Assembly: GCF_009914755.1 (NCBI RefSeq) | Contig: NC_060930.1 | DNA from: the human T2T-CHM13v2.0 reference genome, Homo sapiens | Direction: 5' to 3' (one strand) | Length of the DNA: 64,000 nt | Shown here: positions 1 through 12,633 of the stretch, one piece after another | Numbering within the stretch: the stretch's first letter is position 1 | How the letters are laid out: each line of letters begins with the position of its first letter | Program-made: the position numbers and the translations under genes | Notes under the pieces: generated by a model | What the model saw: only the letters and a program-made list of their open reading frames with translations | The model's database searches: none | What the model was told of the DNA's origin: nothing

Positions 1-103
1 ACTACATTCTTATTTTACAGTGAGTTTTATACTTTCTTATGTTTTGACGTTGTTAGCTTTTTTTTGTTTGTTTCAACTTGAAGAACTCCCTATAGCATTT
101 CTT

Positions 104-397
104 TTTCTTTTTCTTTTTCTTTTTTTTTTTTTTTTTGAGACAGAGTCTCACTCTGTCACCCAGGCTGGAGTGCAGTGGAGCAAACTCTGCCTCCCAGGTT
201 CATGCCATTCTCCTGCCTCAGCCTCCCGGGTAGCTGGGACTACAGGTGCCCGCCACCATGTCCAGCTAATTTTTTTTTGTATTTTTAGTAGAGATGACTG
301 TGTTAGCCAGGTTGGTCTCAATCTCCTGACCTCGTGATCTGCCTGCCTCAGCCTCCCAAAGTGCTGGGATTATAGGCGTGAGCCACCACACCCAGCC
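104..397 (-). mobile_element. Alu (AluY/Sc-like) with a small internal deletion, inserted in an old L1M fragment
   Basis: Poly-T then reverse-complement Alu; 16-bp TSD CCCTATAGCATTTCTT at 88-103 and 398-413. Confidence 0.95.
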
Positions 398-1117
398 CCC
401 TATAGCATTTCTTATAAGACAGGATATAGCTAACATCCCCAGGTGGTCTCCTTGCTTCCTCCATCCCACCTTGCCCCCTAAACTCTAGCATCCATTATAT
501 GAGGCTGACCCCTTGTGTTCTGCTATGGGATATGTAAAGTGAAGACAAAGAATTCAAGAGGCTACGTGCAATTCCTGATGCTACCTGAAACTAACTCTGA
601 TTCAAACTCTGTAATAAGTTTTCTGGTATTTGCTTAGTATTTCCTAGTTTTGCGTAGTGCAATAGCCTGTTCAATCATCCACAAAAATTGGGTAAATGCC
701 CTTTAACTTTTTCTGTCTTCATCAAAATGGACTATAGAACTTGAAGCTGTTGGCTTTGTGTGCTCACCAGAGAGTCATCAGTTTTACAACTGAGACATTT
801 TAGTGGTTTAGGGGGACTCCTCCCACATCTTCTCTAAACCCTTTTTTAGAAAAGGCAACTATAGGGGAATTCTGGTTATAACACCTCCTCCACACACATG
901 CTTCCCCCTGTACCCCTCTTCAGGAAGCTGCCCATGTACTGGATCTAAAAACCTCAGACAAGTCTGAGAACTCCTGATCCAACATGCTGCCCAGGTTTCA
1001 AAGGGTTCTTATAAATCAGATTATGGCAGAAATTTCCAGACACTTTTTGGAGTGTTTGGGCATAAACAAAATCACTAATAAATATTAGATCATCCTATAG
1101 TGTCTTTACTTTCCCAG

Positions 1118-1289
1118 TTGTACCTATCCTGCACTTAAAAGAAATGACCCAAGGTTTCTGGACCCAGTAAAGACACTCCTAAGACAACATGAGAAGCCAG
1201 AATCCTTTGGGAGACTTTTCAATGAAGAGAGTTCAGAAAGCAAGGAAATGACAAGTCCTAACAAGTTGTTAGGAGAAAATGTACCATAA
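1118..1289 (+). CDS. Candidate terminal coding exon of an unidentified upstream gene (CTYPALKRNDPRFLDPVKTLLRQHEKPESFGRLFNEESSESKEMTSPNKLLGENVP*)
   Basis: Acceptor tgtctttactttcccAG ending 1117; 1 nt plus 56 open codons; TAA 1287-1289; AATAAA 1302-1307; no repeat recognised. Confidence 0.5.
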
Positions 1290-1409
1290 TATGAATACCA
1301 AAATAAACGATATAGTTCTACATGGAGAATTCTTGCATACATTCATATTCAGGAGATTTGGGTGGGGAATGGAGTGTTCTGTTTAATTATTAGTTAGAAT
1401 ATAGTTTAT

Positions 1410-1870
1410 TCATTAGAATATTGGTTTGGCTGCAGTTACAATGAGACTCAAAATAACAGCGACTTTAAAAACACATACTTTATTTGCCTGTAATACAAAA
1501 ACACAGGTTGGCAATTCAGGCTGGTAAATTAGCCCCACAATCTTGACGGTCTTCTTTTTGTCGCTCTCTCATCCTCAACAGCTGGTTTCCATCTGAAAGT
1601 CCATAATGGCTGGCTTAACTCCTATCATCCTGCCAGCTTCCCAGCCAACAAAGAGAGCACAGGGGATGAGATGGCACATCCCTTAGCTTTAAGAGCACAG
1701 CCAACAGTGTACATAGTACCTTTATTCAGAGTCCACTGGCCAGAACTGAGTCCATAGCTATAACTATCTGCAATGAGTGCTGCGAAATAGAAGCTTTAGT
1801 TGGGCAACCATAGATTCTCTTATGAGAAGAAGAGAATGGGTCCTTGAGGGCAATTATTAGTTCTTCCACA
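1410..1870. mobile_element. Old MaLR (MLT1-type) LTR remnant
   Basis: MLT1-like segments (ttggctgcagttacaatgagactcaaaataacagcgactt; ccactggccagaactgagtccatagct). Confidence 0.5.
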
Positions 1871-2289
1871 GCCTACTTTCTAAGGATTAGAATACAATAT
1901 CTAGAATTAATATAGAAAGTGGTTCTATAATTAACTACCAATCCCTTCTCACCAAAGAATTGGCAAAAAGCATAGTCTGGAGTAACTCCACTTTTATTAT
2001 TATGATTGCATATATTTTTTTCTTAATCTCCCTCTGTGGCCCACATGTTTTACATGCCACATTGGTCTACGAAGTTATCATCATTTCTTTACAAACATTT
2101 TACATACTTTTATACTAATTTCACATACTTTTTAGTCTCTGGGCCTAAAGTTTCTAAATATTCTAATTTAAAGGAAGACTTTTCATTGACATTTCTATAG
2201 GTATTGATAATTTTGATGTGTATTGAAGAGACCAAACAATGTGTAAACTTTAAGGAGGCAATTTGGGGAAGCAGAAATATTATCAAGTT

Positions 2290-2505
2290 TAGATCAGATT
2301 TTTCTTTATATCAAATCCCAGCTCAACTTTTTACTAATTACTTGCTCTTAGACCAGTTAATTTACTTTTCTGAGCCACATATTTATTGGTTTTAGGTAGG
2401 GGGTGGGCTAAAATATATCCTTGCAAGTTTATTACAAGGATTAAATGATTCATTCCATAACAAATGTCTAGCAGAGTGCCTGCTACATAGCAGATGCTTA
2501 GTAAA
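2290..2505 (+). mobile_element. MIR remnant
   Basis: MIR core (aaatcccagctc...ctgagcc...aaggattaaatga). Confidence 0.6.
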
Positions 2506-3114
2506 TGGCTATCTTCTTTATACACTTGCTAACTTCTTTATACACTTCACAAAATTCCTGCCACACTCCATCTACAAGTGATCTTCCTCTTTCTCTGCTC
2601 TGCGTTGTGAAAAGTTGAAGACGGCTCTGATGTTTTGGTGAGTCAAGCACCATTTTAAAGTGGTGTACTGCCTGAAGAATTCTTTCCCAGAGTGTAGAAA
2701 TCATTTGCTCTATGAAATCTTCATCATCCCTTGCAGTTCCTCCTCCAATGGTCCAGGAGAGTTGGATTTTACTATTTTCTTTTTTTGCTGTTTAATTTGT
2801 TTTATAAATTAATATTTTGCTACTTAGTTGTTTCATCCCAGCCATGTGTGCTATATGTGCTTAAGGTCTGATCATCTTTATTTACCAGTTTATATCATTT
2901 GTAAACCTAAGAAGAATTTCAGGCAGCTTAAAAAGTTACGTCTAGTACAGTAAACTTTTTTAAAAATGGAAGATAAAATTAGAAAAATGAAACAAATGGA
3001 AAACAAAGAATAGGACATAAATGAAGTCAGTGGTGAAATGAGTGCCCAAATGCACACACCCTCAGAGATTGTAGATGCCTCCGTTTGTCATCAGATTAGA
3101 AACTGGGTGTCACA

Positions 3115-3480
3115 GTGTATTTTGCTAGGATTGTCATAACAAAAGATCACAAATTTGTTGTCTCACAGGTCTGGAGGCCAGAAGTCCAAGATCAAGATGT
3201 TGGCAGGGTTGGTTCCTTCTGAGGCCTGTGAAGGAAGGATCTGTTCCAGGCCTCTCCCCTTTGGCTTGTACCTGACCATCTTTATGTTCACATGGTGTTC
3301 TGCCTGAATGTGTCTGTGTCCAAATTACCAGTTGTATCAGATTAGGGCCCATCCCAATGACCTCACTTTAACTTGATTACTTCTGTAATGTCTGCATCTC
3401 CAAATAAGGTCACACCCTAAGGTACTAGAGGTTAGGACTTCAAAATACATATTATGGGGAGACACAATTCAACCCATTGC
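3115..3480 (-). mobile_element. MLT1 (B/C-like) solo LTR
   Basis: ctggaggccagaagtccaagatcaag...gggagacacaattcaaccca, typical MLT1 sequence. Confidence 0.85.
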
Positions 3481-4304
3481 TTTCAACAAAGCAAACTCAG
3501 AGCTCATTGTTTTGTTCTATTTTGTGTTTTATGAGTTTTTTTATTTTTCAAAATCTTGCTTCAGGACTTGACAGGGCTTTAGCGAGATCTTTTAAATATT
3601 AATTACTGTATAAAGGACCAGAGAGAGGCCCCAGTCATGTGGGCTTTGGGATCACAACGATTCTGCTAGAAGGCAGCTTGCTGTCCCTTGGACTAATTAC
3701 ACTCTAAGAGCCACTGGAAGTGGAGGCTTTTTCAGCTCTCCTATTCTACATCTCTTTAGTCCTCTATAATTAACATAAACTATACCCTCTTCCATAATGT
3801 TTTCTAGCACTCTCTGGAGTTCACAATTGCTTTTGTATTCTGGTAGTTTCATTGTAGGTTTGTTGAGTGCATAACCAAAATATCTATAGAATCTGGGTAA
3901 ATGTCCTTTCACACCACTGACAGAAACGTCAGCCAAGAATCTGTCTGGAAACCTATGAGAAAGAAAAAGATTTTCACCTTTCTAAATTTTTAATACAAAT
4001 AACAATACACAACAATCTCATCTTTATGGCAGTAATGTCTGAACATTTCTTAAGAAAGCAAGAAGGTGTGGAAATCAAAATTTTAGAGACAGAAGACTTT
4101 AAATGCCATCTCCTTCTCAGGGTAGAGAATTGAAGCCAGAAGGATGAAGTCTTCTGGCTCCCAAACTAACATTCCTTTTATTAGGCTTTTTTTTTTAAAT
4201 CGGACCCAAATACCACCTATAGACTGCACATGAGGATTTAGTACAGGTGCCCTTTACCTGAACCCCCTAAAGCCAAGTGTGTTTCTGAATTCAAGAATTC
4301 TTTG

Positions 4305-4597
4305 GGCCAAGCGCAGTGGCTCACACCTGTAATCCCAGCACTTTGGGAGGCCGAGGCGGGCAGATCATGAGGTCAGGAGATTGAGACTATCCTGGCTAAC
4401 ATGGTGAAACCCCGTCTCCACAAAAAAATTACAAAAAATTAGCCAGGTGTGGTGGCATGTGCCTGTAGTCCCAGCTACTCAGGGGGCTGAGGCAGGAGAA
4501 TCGCTTGAATCCAGTGGGGCGGAGGTTGCAGTGAACCGAGATCGCACCACTGCACTCCAGCCTGGGTGACAGAGCGAGACTCCGTCTCAAAAAAAAA
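4305..4597 (+). mobile_element. Alu (AluSc-like)
   Basis: Full dimer with A tail; TSD AAGAATTCTTTGG at 4293-4305 and 4598-4610. Confidence 0.95.
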
Positions 4598-5789
4598 AAG
4601 AATTCTTTGGATTTTAGAAAGACAGTTCAGCACAATGTACATACCCTACATCCCTTAACATTCCCAGTAGGGTCAGGGAGAGCTACTTCTAATCAAACAC
4701 ACTAATATTTCTGCAGCAAAGTGTATGAATGTCCACATTATGTGCAATAAATAAGGATCATTTATAGTGTGATGTCACTTCATGGATCAGATTTTGCCAC
4801 CAAAATGAGCTATGAAAACCCAGCGGTTTTCAGTTTTCAGTACTCTTTAGATTTTAGGATTAAGGATAAAAGATTGTTCACTCTCCTTAATCTACAAGTG
4901 AGATTCTCAAGCTGTGTTTTGCAGAACTACTTAAGAGTGCCCCAGCCCAGAAGCACTGAATCAGATTCTTTGGGGTGTGGCCTGGGAATTGGAATTTTTG
5001 ACAAACAACCCAGCTGATACTGATGCAGACGCTGGGGAAACACTTCAAGAAACACTGCCTAGGGCATAGTGCTATACGGCATGGGAAACAGATGGGAACC
5101 TCAGCTGGGCTATTTTCATCACATGCCTCTCCCCAAACCTCCCTTTGACATCACTTTGACCCTGCAGTCAAGTTTCACAGAATTTTTCTATGACATTTTG
5201 ATGGAGGTGGGTGTCCAAAGACAGGAATATACAAAGATCAAAGGGACAGGAGAGAAAAACAAAACAGAAAAAGGCAGACAGAATTACTATTCTAAACTCA
5301 AGCTACAGTCTGGTCATCAGATTATGTCACATGTATTCATTCACTATACGGAGTATGCGTTATTGGTCAGACGCTGGTGCAGGTATTTGGACAATCACAA
5401 AATAATTCTAGACCAAGTAATTTTCCCTTTTGGTAATTCTTGTTTCTCTCTATACCACTTGTTGTTTTGGGTTTTGTTTTGTTTTTTAAGGAGTGGGCAT
5501 CAGCCACTGAAGCACATTGAGTCCTTCCAGGCAGTAGCTCCACCTGCTGGAATAGAAGGAAACTAATCAGTGTCCCACTGTTTCATATAGATGAGCCTTC
5601 GCATGTACTAAATCACAATTCACTATTTGACCAGGTCACTTGTGCTAATGGAAGTTGTTTGTCAGCTATAGGTAAGCGGAGGAGAGAATTACCCACGTAA
5701 CCCCATCAGAGAGCATTAGACTAATCTACATGGTTGAGAAGGCTTTAGTGTTAAATAGGTTAACACCCAGTGAAATTTCCCTAATATAG

Positions 5790-5901
5790 CCTGTGCTGGA
5801 TGGAGATGCACTGACCTTCCTTGCAAGAGCCTTTCCCTGAAGTTGGGCTCCTGAGAGAAGTTCTGAACATGGCTATCCCTGCCTTTTCATCTTGTCAGCA
5901 G
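5790..5901 (+). other. Candidate spliced exon (112 nt)
   Basis: AG at 5788-5789 after tttccctaat; donor CAG|GTAATG at 5901/5902; non-repeat sequence. Confidence 0.4.
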
Positions 5902-6999
5902 GTAATGAGCTAGGCATGGGAGCTCAGAATACCACCAAAAGCCCTTTAGGGGCTATCCAGACTTAGCATTGTGTCTGAAAGTTGCTTTGTTGACCATTTA
6001 TTTACCCTCTCCTCTATCTCCTCTAGCCCTGTTCATTTTCTCTACAGCACCCATTTCCCCCTAAATTCACTCTGGTTTTACTCACAAAAGGTTATACTCA
6101 TACCCCTCTTCATCTGGGCATCTGTTTCTCTAGGTTTCTTTTTACATGGGTTTGCATATGGAGATCTGGTTATCTCTGCGGAGGTTTCTGTGTTGATGTC
6201 TCTGTTTGGAGGTCTCTCGGTAGGTAGGTGTGTATCCCTGTGGGAGGGAGTAGAGGTGATAAGGTAGTGTTTATGTTTAGATATACCAGTGATCACATGT
6301 AGGAACATAACATGCTATTTTCAGCCTGGCTGGCTTCTATGGAAAATGGAGGATTTGGATAAGTGGAGGGGAGGAAAGAGGCTGAGAAGGAAGGAGGGAA
6401 CATTTGTAGAGGTGGAAATGAGTGTGACCAATAAGGGATCTATGAAAAAAAAAAACAGACTAGAGAAGCCTCCTCCCCAGTGTCAACCCACAAGAGCAGA
6501 GACTTTGTTCTCTGGAGTCTCCTTGGAGGCTTGAAGGGGGCCTGACACACAGCAAGCACTCAATATGTGTTGGATGAACAAATGTTATCATTGCGATGGT
6601 TACTGTTACATAAAAGTGCATCCTACAGGCATCTAGAGCTTTGTAAGTTGTAGGGTGTTTAGGAATATTTGCGGTGTCAGAAGTAGGTTGGAGAAGGAGG
6701 GAGGAGTCAAAGCTGGCCTTGAAAGTCAGACTGTGGAGCTTGAGGTGGAAGGGACTGTTGCAGTAATTGAGGTTGCAGGGGGCAGCGCACTCTGTAGGAC
6801 TCCTCACAAACGTTGCATCGGCAGTCACAGCTCAGTTCCTTACTAACTGGGTGCTGTGGGACAAGCTTCCCTTCTCACGTCCCTGGATTCTTCTCTTCCG
6901 CCTGTCTCAGAAACGTCTGGGCTCCACAGGGCTCAGAACGGAGGCACCTTCTCTTCTCTATGTATATTTTCTCCTGCAGGCCAATGGTTCTAAACACTG

Positions 7000-8015
7000 T
7001 GTATATGCAGATAATCCCATATTTTTACCTCTAGCCAGATTCCTCATCAAGATTCAAGTATTCAGCTGTCTAATTGACCTTTTGATTTGGATCATCTTTT
7101 TTTTACATGGCCAAAATAGAACTCTTGATTGCATGTCCCATTTCTCTTTCTCAACACCTGTTTCTACTACTCTGGTCCTCTTAACTCTGTTATTGGCACT
7201 GCCATTCACCCAGTTGCTTATGCTAGAAACATCTTTCTGGCTCCTCCCTTCTCCTTGCTTTCCTCTACAGCTCTCAGCTAAAACATAGGCCCCACCTACC
7301 CCCTTGTATCCATCTCCACTTGCTCCTTTGGTCCAAGCTCCGTCATCTCCTGCTTCGACTACTGCAATAGGGGCCTTATTTAGTATCCCAGGTTTATCTC
7401 ATACACCCTTATAAGCCTTTCACCACAATAAAGCCAAAGGGATATTTAAAATTTTAATTTAGATCAGTCACTCACTGCTCAGCTTTCACTGTATTCAGCT
7501 TTGCCATGGCATGAGAATAAAACTCCAAACTGGTGGCCATGGTGCATGGGGACCTCCATGTTCTAGGCCATGCCCCTCCTCCCCATCCGCATCCTCCCCA
7601 AGGTCCCTGCCCCTACTTTTCTTTAGCCCCTGCTTGTCTTTAAGTCTCTCAAGTATGCCAGCTCCTTCCTGCTCAGAGGCCTTGGCACTCTCCCCTCAGG
7701 CCTTTTCAGGATTGAATCCTCCTCATCCCTACGTCTCAGCTTATAGGTAACCTTGCTCCAGATGCCTTCATGAATTAATCTACCTAAAGCAGACCAAGCC
7801 ACCTGTTACTCCCTCTCACAAGACTTTATTGTTTACTTCACAGGATTCTTCACAGTTTGTAATCATTTCATTTGTTGACTTGGTTTTCCCCACTAGGTTG
7901 TAAGTTTTATAAGAGTGAGGACCTTATCTTCAGTACTGTTGAATCTCAAGCTTCTAGAGGAGTTCCTGGCACAGACTAGACACTCAGTAAACATTTACTT
8001 AACATATGAATGAGC
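7000..8015 (+). mobile_element. L2 remnant (3' part)
   Basis: L2 motifs (ccattcacccagttgct, actactgcaatag, cctggcacagactagacactcagtaaacattt). Confidence 0.75.
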
Positions 8016-8241
8016 CTCCATAACCCTCATTTTCTTATTCTATGACCTAAGGATAAAAATACAACCTGCCTTATAGAGTGGTTATGAGGATTAAATGAGA
8101 AAATAGAACTTAATAAATGTTAGCCATTATTATTATTACATTATTATTAGTAGTATTGTATTTCTAATACTATGTACTTAGTCTTACTAATATTAATACT
8201 ATTCTACCACATTACTACTAATACTATAGTAATAGTTTTTA

Positions 8242-8351
8242 GTAGTTAATTTCCACTACCTTATACTGGTTTTTGAAAAGAAAAATACTACTACTGTAGT
8301 AGTAGTATTATTCTTTTCAACAACTATTATATGGTAGTTAAAATTAACTAC
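8242..8351. repeat. AT-rich palindrome, 54-nt arms, 2-nt spacer
   Basis: 8242-8295 vs reverse complement of 8298-8351: 47/54 identical, ungapped (hand aligned). Confidence 0.9.
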
Positions 8352-8706
8352 AATTTACAAATAAGTAAACAAAGATCATAAATATAAATAGCCTACTCAT
8401 GATCACTTACCTAGCATACATTACAGCTTAAATTTTAAGAGTAAAGAGTTGCAAATAAATACAGATCTTAAGCCTGAATGATTGGAGGGAAGGTGTTACT
8501 GATGGCATAAATAGGGTTTTTGAACAGAGGTGACTCTAAAAAAAATGAACTCATGTTGTGCTGAGTGAATAGCTGGATATTCCTGGGAAGATGCCTCACA
8601 GACTATCGGACATACAGAACTTTTACTCAGATGAGAGGTGAGCGGTTGGAGATTTGAGCATTAGATGAATATAATATCTCAGTTGTGATCATAATACCAT
8701 ACCTGG

Positions 8707-8707
<1 letters not shown>

Positions 8708-8752
<45 letters not shown>

Positions 8753-8772
8753 CTCTCTCTCTCTCTCTCTCT
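8708..8772. repeat. Compound microsatellite (AC)n(TC)n
   Basis: Directly visible. Confidence 0.98.
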
Positions 8773-9289
8773 GGGACCGAAAGAGTTGCTGCTCTTTGCT
8801 CCTCAAATAGGCCTTTCCCTCTCTCTAATTTCTCACCTTCTTATTCATCCAACCCCCCAGCTGACATTTCCTTCCATCTTTCCCATCCTAGACCTTCCCC
8901 TGCAACACCCCATGTGCATTTTGGAGGCTCACTATGCAGTCCTTAAGAATGGAATTAACTTCAACACCTTCAAGCAAATCTTTACCAGCTCATGTAGGAT
9001 CAGGTTCAGGTGTCATGAACTTTTCAGAATAGGACAAATAAACAAAGTATCACAAAAACTCTTTCTCTTATATTTGTCTCTAAAAATAGCTAAAATTTAT
9101 AGAGCATTGATATGCCAGATGCTAAGTATTATATATATGTTAACTAATTTGTTCTTTATAACAACCCTATGAGGTAGGTGGTATTGTTTTCTCTATATTA
9201 TAGTGGAAACTGAGACACAAAATAGTTAAGAAATATGTCTAATGTTACAAAACTGTTATGCTATGATTGGTTTGAAAACAACTGGGGTA

Positions 9290-9604
9290 GACTGGGTATG
9301 GTGGCTCATGCCTGTAATCTTAGCACTTTTGGAGGCCAAGGCACGTGGATCAGTTGAGGCCAGGAGTTCAAGTGCCCAGGTTGACCAGCCTGGCCAACAT
9401 GGCGAAACCCCGTCTCTACTAAAAATACAGAAATTAGCTGGGAGTGGTGATGTACACCTGTATTCCCAGCTACTCAGGAGGCTGAGGCACGAGAATTGCT
9501 TGAACCCAGGAGGCAGAGGTTGCAGTGAACTGAGATCTCTGCACTCTAGCCTGGGCAACTTCATCTCAAACAAAAAAAAAAAAAAAAGGAAAGAAAAAGA
9601 AAAG
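9290..9604 (+). mobile_element. Alu (S/J type)
   Basis: Dimer with A tail; degenerate TSD aactggggtaga / aactggagtaga. Confidence 0.93.
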
Positions 9605-11537
9605 AAACTGGAGTAGATTTGGAGGGAAGAGAGAGGAAACCTATAAGGAGGTTGCAGTTAGAGAAAAGAACATTTATAACTAAGATCCTAAAGGAAAAAT
9701 AATCCCCTGGGATCTGCAACTCTTAGATCACCTCAAAATATAAAATATTAAAAATGAGAATGTCATGTCACCTCTAAAGTTCAGTGACATTTGGTGAAAA
9801 GAATAGCAGCCAAAACTTTTTAGTCTGGTCACTAGACATAGCTCTGCCAACAACCAGGTAAGAGATTTTAGGCAAGTTCCTCTCTAATCTCTGGGGCTCA
9901 GTTTCCTCCTTTGTACTAGAAAGGGGCTTGACTAGTTAACTTCTGAGGGCTTTTATACTTGAATTACTACATCGGTTTATTAGGCTGCCTAGCTGTGTAC
10001 ATCACCAGTCTGCAAACATATTCTTCTTTAAGCACGAGTTTCTTCATGTTACTTCCCGACCCCAAAACACTTTTTGACGCTTTCTCTTGCCTTTGTGCTG
10101 CCATCCCCCAAATAGCTGTGACAATCTTGATATTAGAAATAGCCATCTTGTGGGGAAAAACCTCAAGCTTCCCATTTGTTTTCTAGTATTAACTATCAGA
10201 AGAATTTACTGGTAATCCACTTAAAGAGATGAAGCCTTATTAAAACCAAAAACAAGTGGCTCATGGGAAAGCTTTTGTGCACTTGAGCATAACTCCTCAT
10301 TTGTGTCAGCCAAAGGTTGTCCTGACTTATATTGTCATGCATTTTAACCAAATTAAGGTATCACATCATCATTACAAGTTTCACAATTTGTATCCTGGAG
10401 TTGTCTTGTTCTTTTTTCTTTTACCAAAAAATCTGAGTTTAAGGAAAAACTTTAACCTGAAAAGTGAGCGGACTCACTTAGCACAATGTCAGCTGACCTA
10501 CTTGTTTCAGTTTAAATGAAACTAACTTTTGCTCTTAATTCTCCCTTCTTCTTTCCTCTCCCCTACTCTCACCTACTTCCTGGAAAATGTCATTCAGGTC
10601 AGAGTTCTTAGATGCAATGTGAGATGGTTTCTGTCTTCCCAACCAGGTGATTTAGCACCTGGGCCTGCATGTTGCTATAGCTGCAATGTTTAGACATGGG
10701 TTTGCAAGTGAGTAGAGTCTAAAAACAGAGTTTTGTTGATAATGCATATGCCACAGAATTCTTGAATTGCTTAGTTACCATTGAGCTTGGTTATAAGTAG
10801 AAACCACTTATTTAAAAAAGAAAAAAAAAAACCACCATTTGCAAATGAGATCTACTGAAAGGCAAATAAAGCCTTGTTTAAAAGTGTGGCTATTATCAGT
10901 AATAGCAATTATGATGATTTATGCTGCTTGGTACATTTCCACATAGGCTTTATATGCATTTTTAATAATAATTCTCAAAACCATGGAGGAGGGGGACAGG
11001 CATTCATTCATTCACTCGTTCATTCAATCAACTGTCCTAGCTTGTGAGAAGGACAAACGGCCAGACCGCTTTTTGAGACAATGAACAGGTAGTTAGAGAA
11101 AAGGTCGGGTATTTGCAGGGCTGATTGCATCCTGGGACTCAGAAGGTCCAGAAGTGATACACCAGGAGCTCAAGAATTGCAACCATAATTTATGCAAATG
11201 ATTCACACTAGAGTTAATAGTACAAGTTACAGAAACCCGACAGCTGGACAGGAAGAGGCTATTTTAGATTCAAGCCAACAGGTGGGCATCACCTGGGATT
11301 CATCATTGCAATCTTGCTAGAGCAGCATATTCCCACCTTGTCAAGAAGAAGGACCCACGTTTAACATCAAAATGTCTTGGGGACTCCCCACACGCTAATT
11401 GTCATCTTCTTTATATCTGTTAATTGAGAAATATATAACAATAAAAATCTGTTCATTAAAAATATATAACGATAAAAATCAACTAGGAATCAGCAGAGAT
11501 TTAACATGAATTTATATTTCACTAATTCTACCAGTGC

Positions 11538-12277
11538 TATGCCAGTTTTCAATTTATTACCTCTTTGTTCCAGATTTCTTCAGCAGCTGCTCTACAAATA
11601 TGCAATGGACCCTTTAAGCATTTCTCCTTTACAGTGAGCACAATGCTAAGCTTTGTCAGCAGATGCCACTGGAGCAGCATTGCAGAAGAAAGCGAGTTTC
11701 TCTTCCTGATTTTGGTGTGCTACTTTTCTTCTTCTTGCTCCAGCTGCATTATCCATCAGTGGTACTATGTATAAGACCATCCCGCTGTGCCCTGCCCTAC
11801 CACCTGCCCAGAGGCACATCCCTCACTGACTATTTGGCCTGATTCTGAGCCTGTGGCCACCTTCTCACAGCCCTGCAACACAGGCACTGTGTGCTCCAGG
11901 CCTCACGTCCCCAGCAGTGGCCTGACTGTGCACTTAGCCACAGCCTCAGTTTGCCTGTGCTCCAAGAAATTGCATCCTATTTGCCCAGCAGCTATGGACC
12001 AGCTCCTGGTCCTGGAAAACAGCAGGCTTCTCTGACATCTAGTGGACTGCAAACACACCTTCTCCAACAAGGCCTGACCCCAGCCTTAAGGAGAGAACCG
12101 TCTTTCCGAGTTGTCTTTCCTTGGGTACTCTCCCTCAATCCTCGGATACCCTTGAAAGTTCTCTTTACATTGTTATAGTTATTCTTCTATCACTGTCGAA
12201 TAATTTTTTATATTAAACTTCTCTTGCTTTACATTACTATGTGGTTTCTGTCTCTTGCTTGAACTCAGACTGATAGA
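11538..12277 (+). mobile_element. ERVL-class solo LTR (LTR33/LTR41-like)
   Basis: Family-like motifs (catttctcctttacagtgagcacaatgctaagctttgtcagcaga; tggtttctgtctcttgcttgaactcagactgata); ATTAAA 12212-12217; 5-bp flanks agtgc/agttc. Confidence 0.65.
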
Positions 12278-12633
12278 AGTTCATTTGGAAAAACAGCAAC
12301 ACTTATGTGTACGAGATATTCAATCTACAGATAACATTTGGTATAAGAAAGCATTCTCAAATCCCTTGCTACTGATACCTGCAACCTTCTAGTGTCCATA
12401 GTCACCAAGTCAGGAAACCCTGGACTAAAAATGGACAGATTGGCAGGAAGAAAGAATCCTTGACATGAAAATGAAGCTATTTGGGGGATAAGGTGAACAG
12501 TGTAGGATGCAGGAAGCTTTGATTGCTAGGGAACAGTGTTGGTGTTCAGTGGTCAGCCCTGCTTCCTCTTCATCCAGAATCTATGAAATTCACAAAGATA
12601 AAGTCTGTCTTGGATTGAAGAGATGGGAAAGAG

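Noticed and set aside
2498-2760. Minus-strand reading ...DDEDFIEQMISTLWERIL... and an AP-1/donor-like GGTGAGTCA
   Set aside because: Protein-like, but I cannot assign it; could be a decayed transposase fragment or chance, with no supporting exon structure
5069-5566. 165-aa ORF
   Set aside because: GTG start, no recognisable domain or splice context; consistent with a chance ORF
6767-7288. 173-aa hydrophobic ORF
   Set aside because: Runs into a pyrimidine-rich L2 remnant; composition artefact
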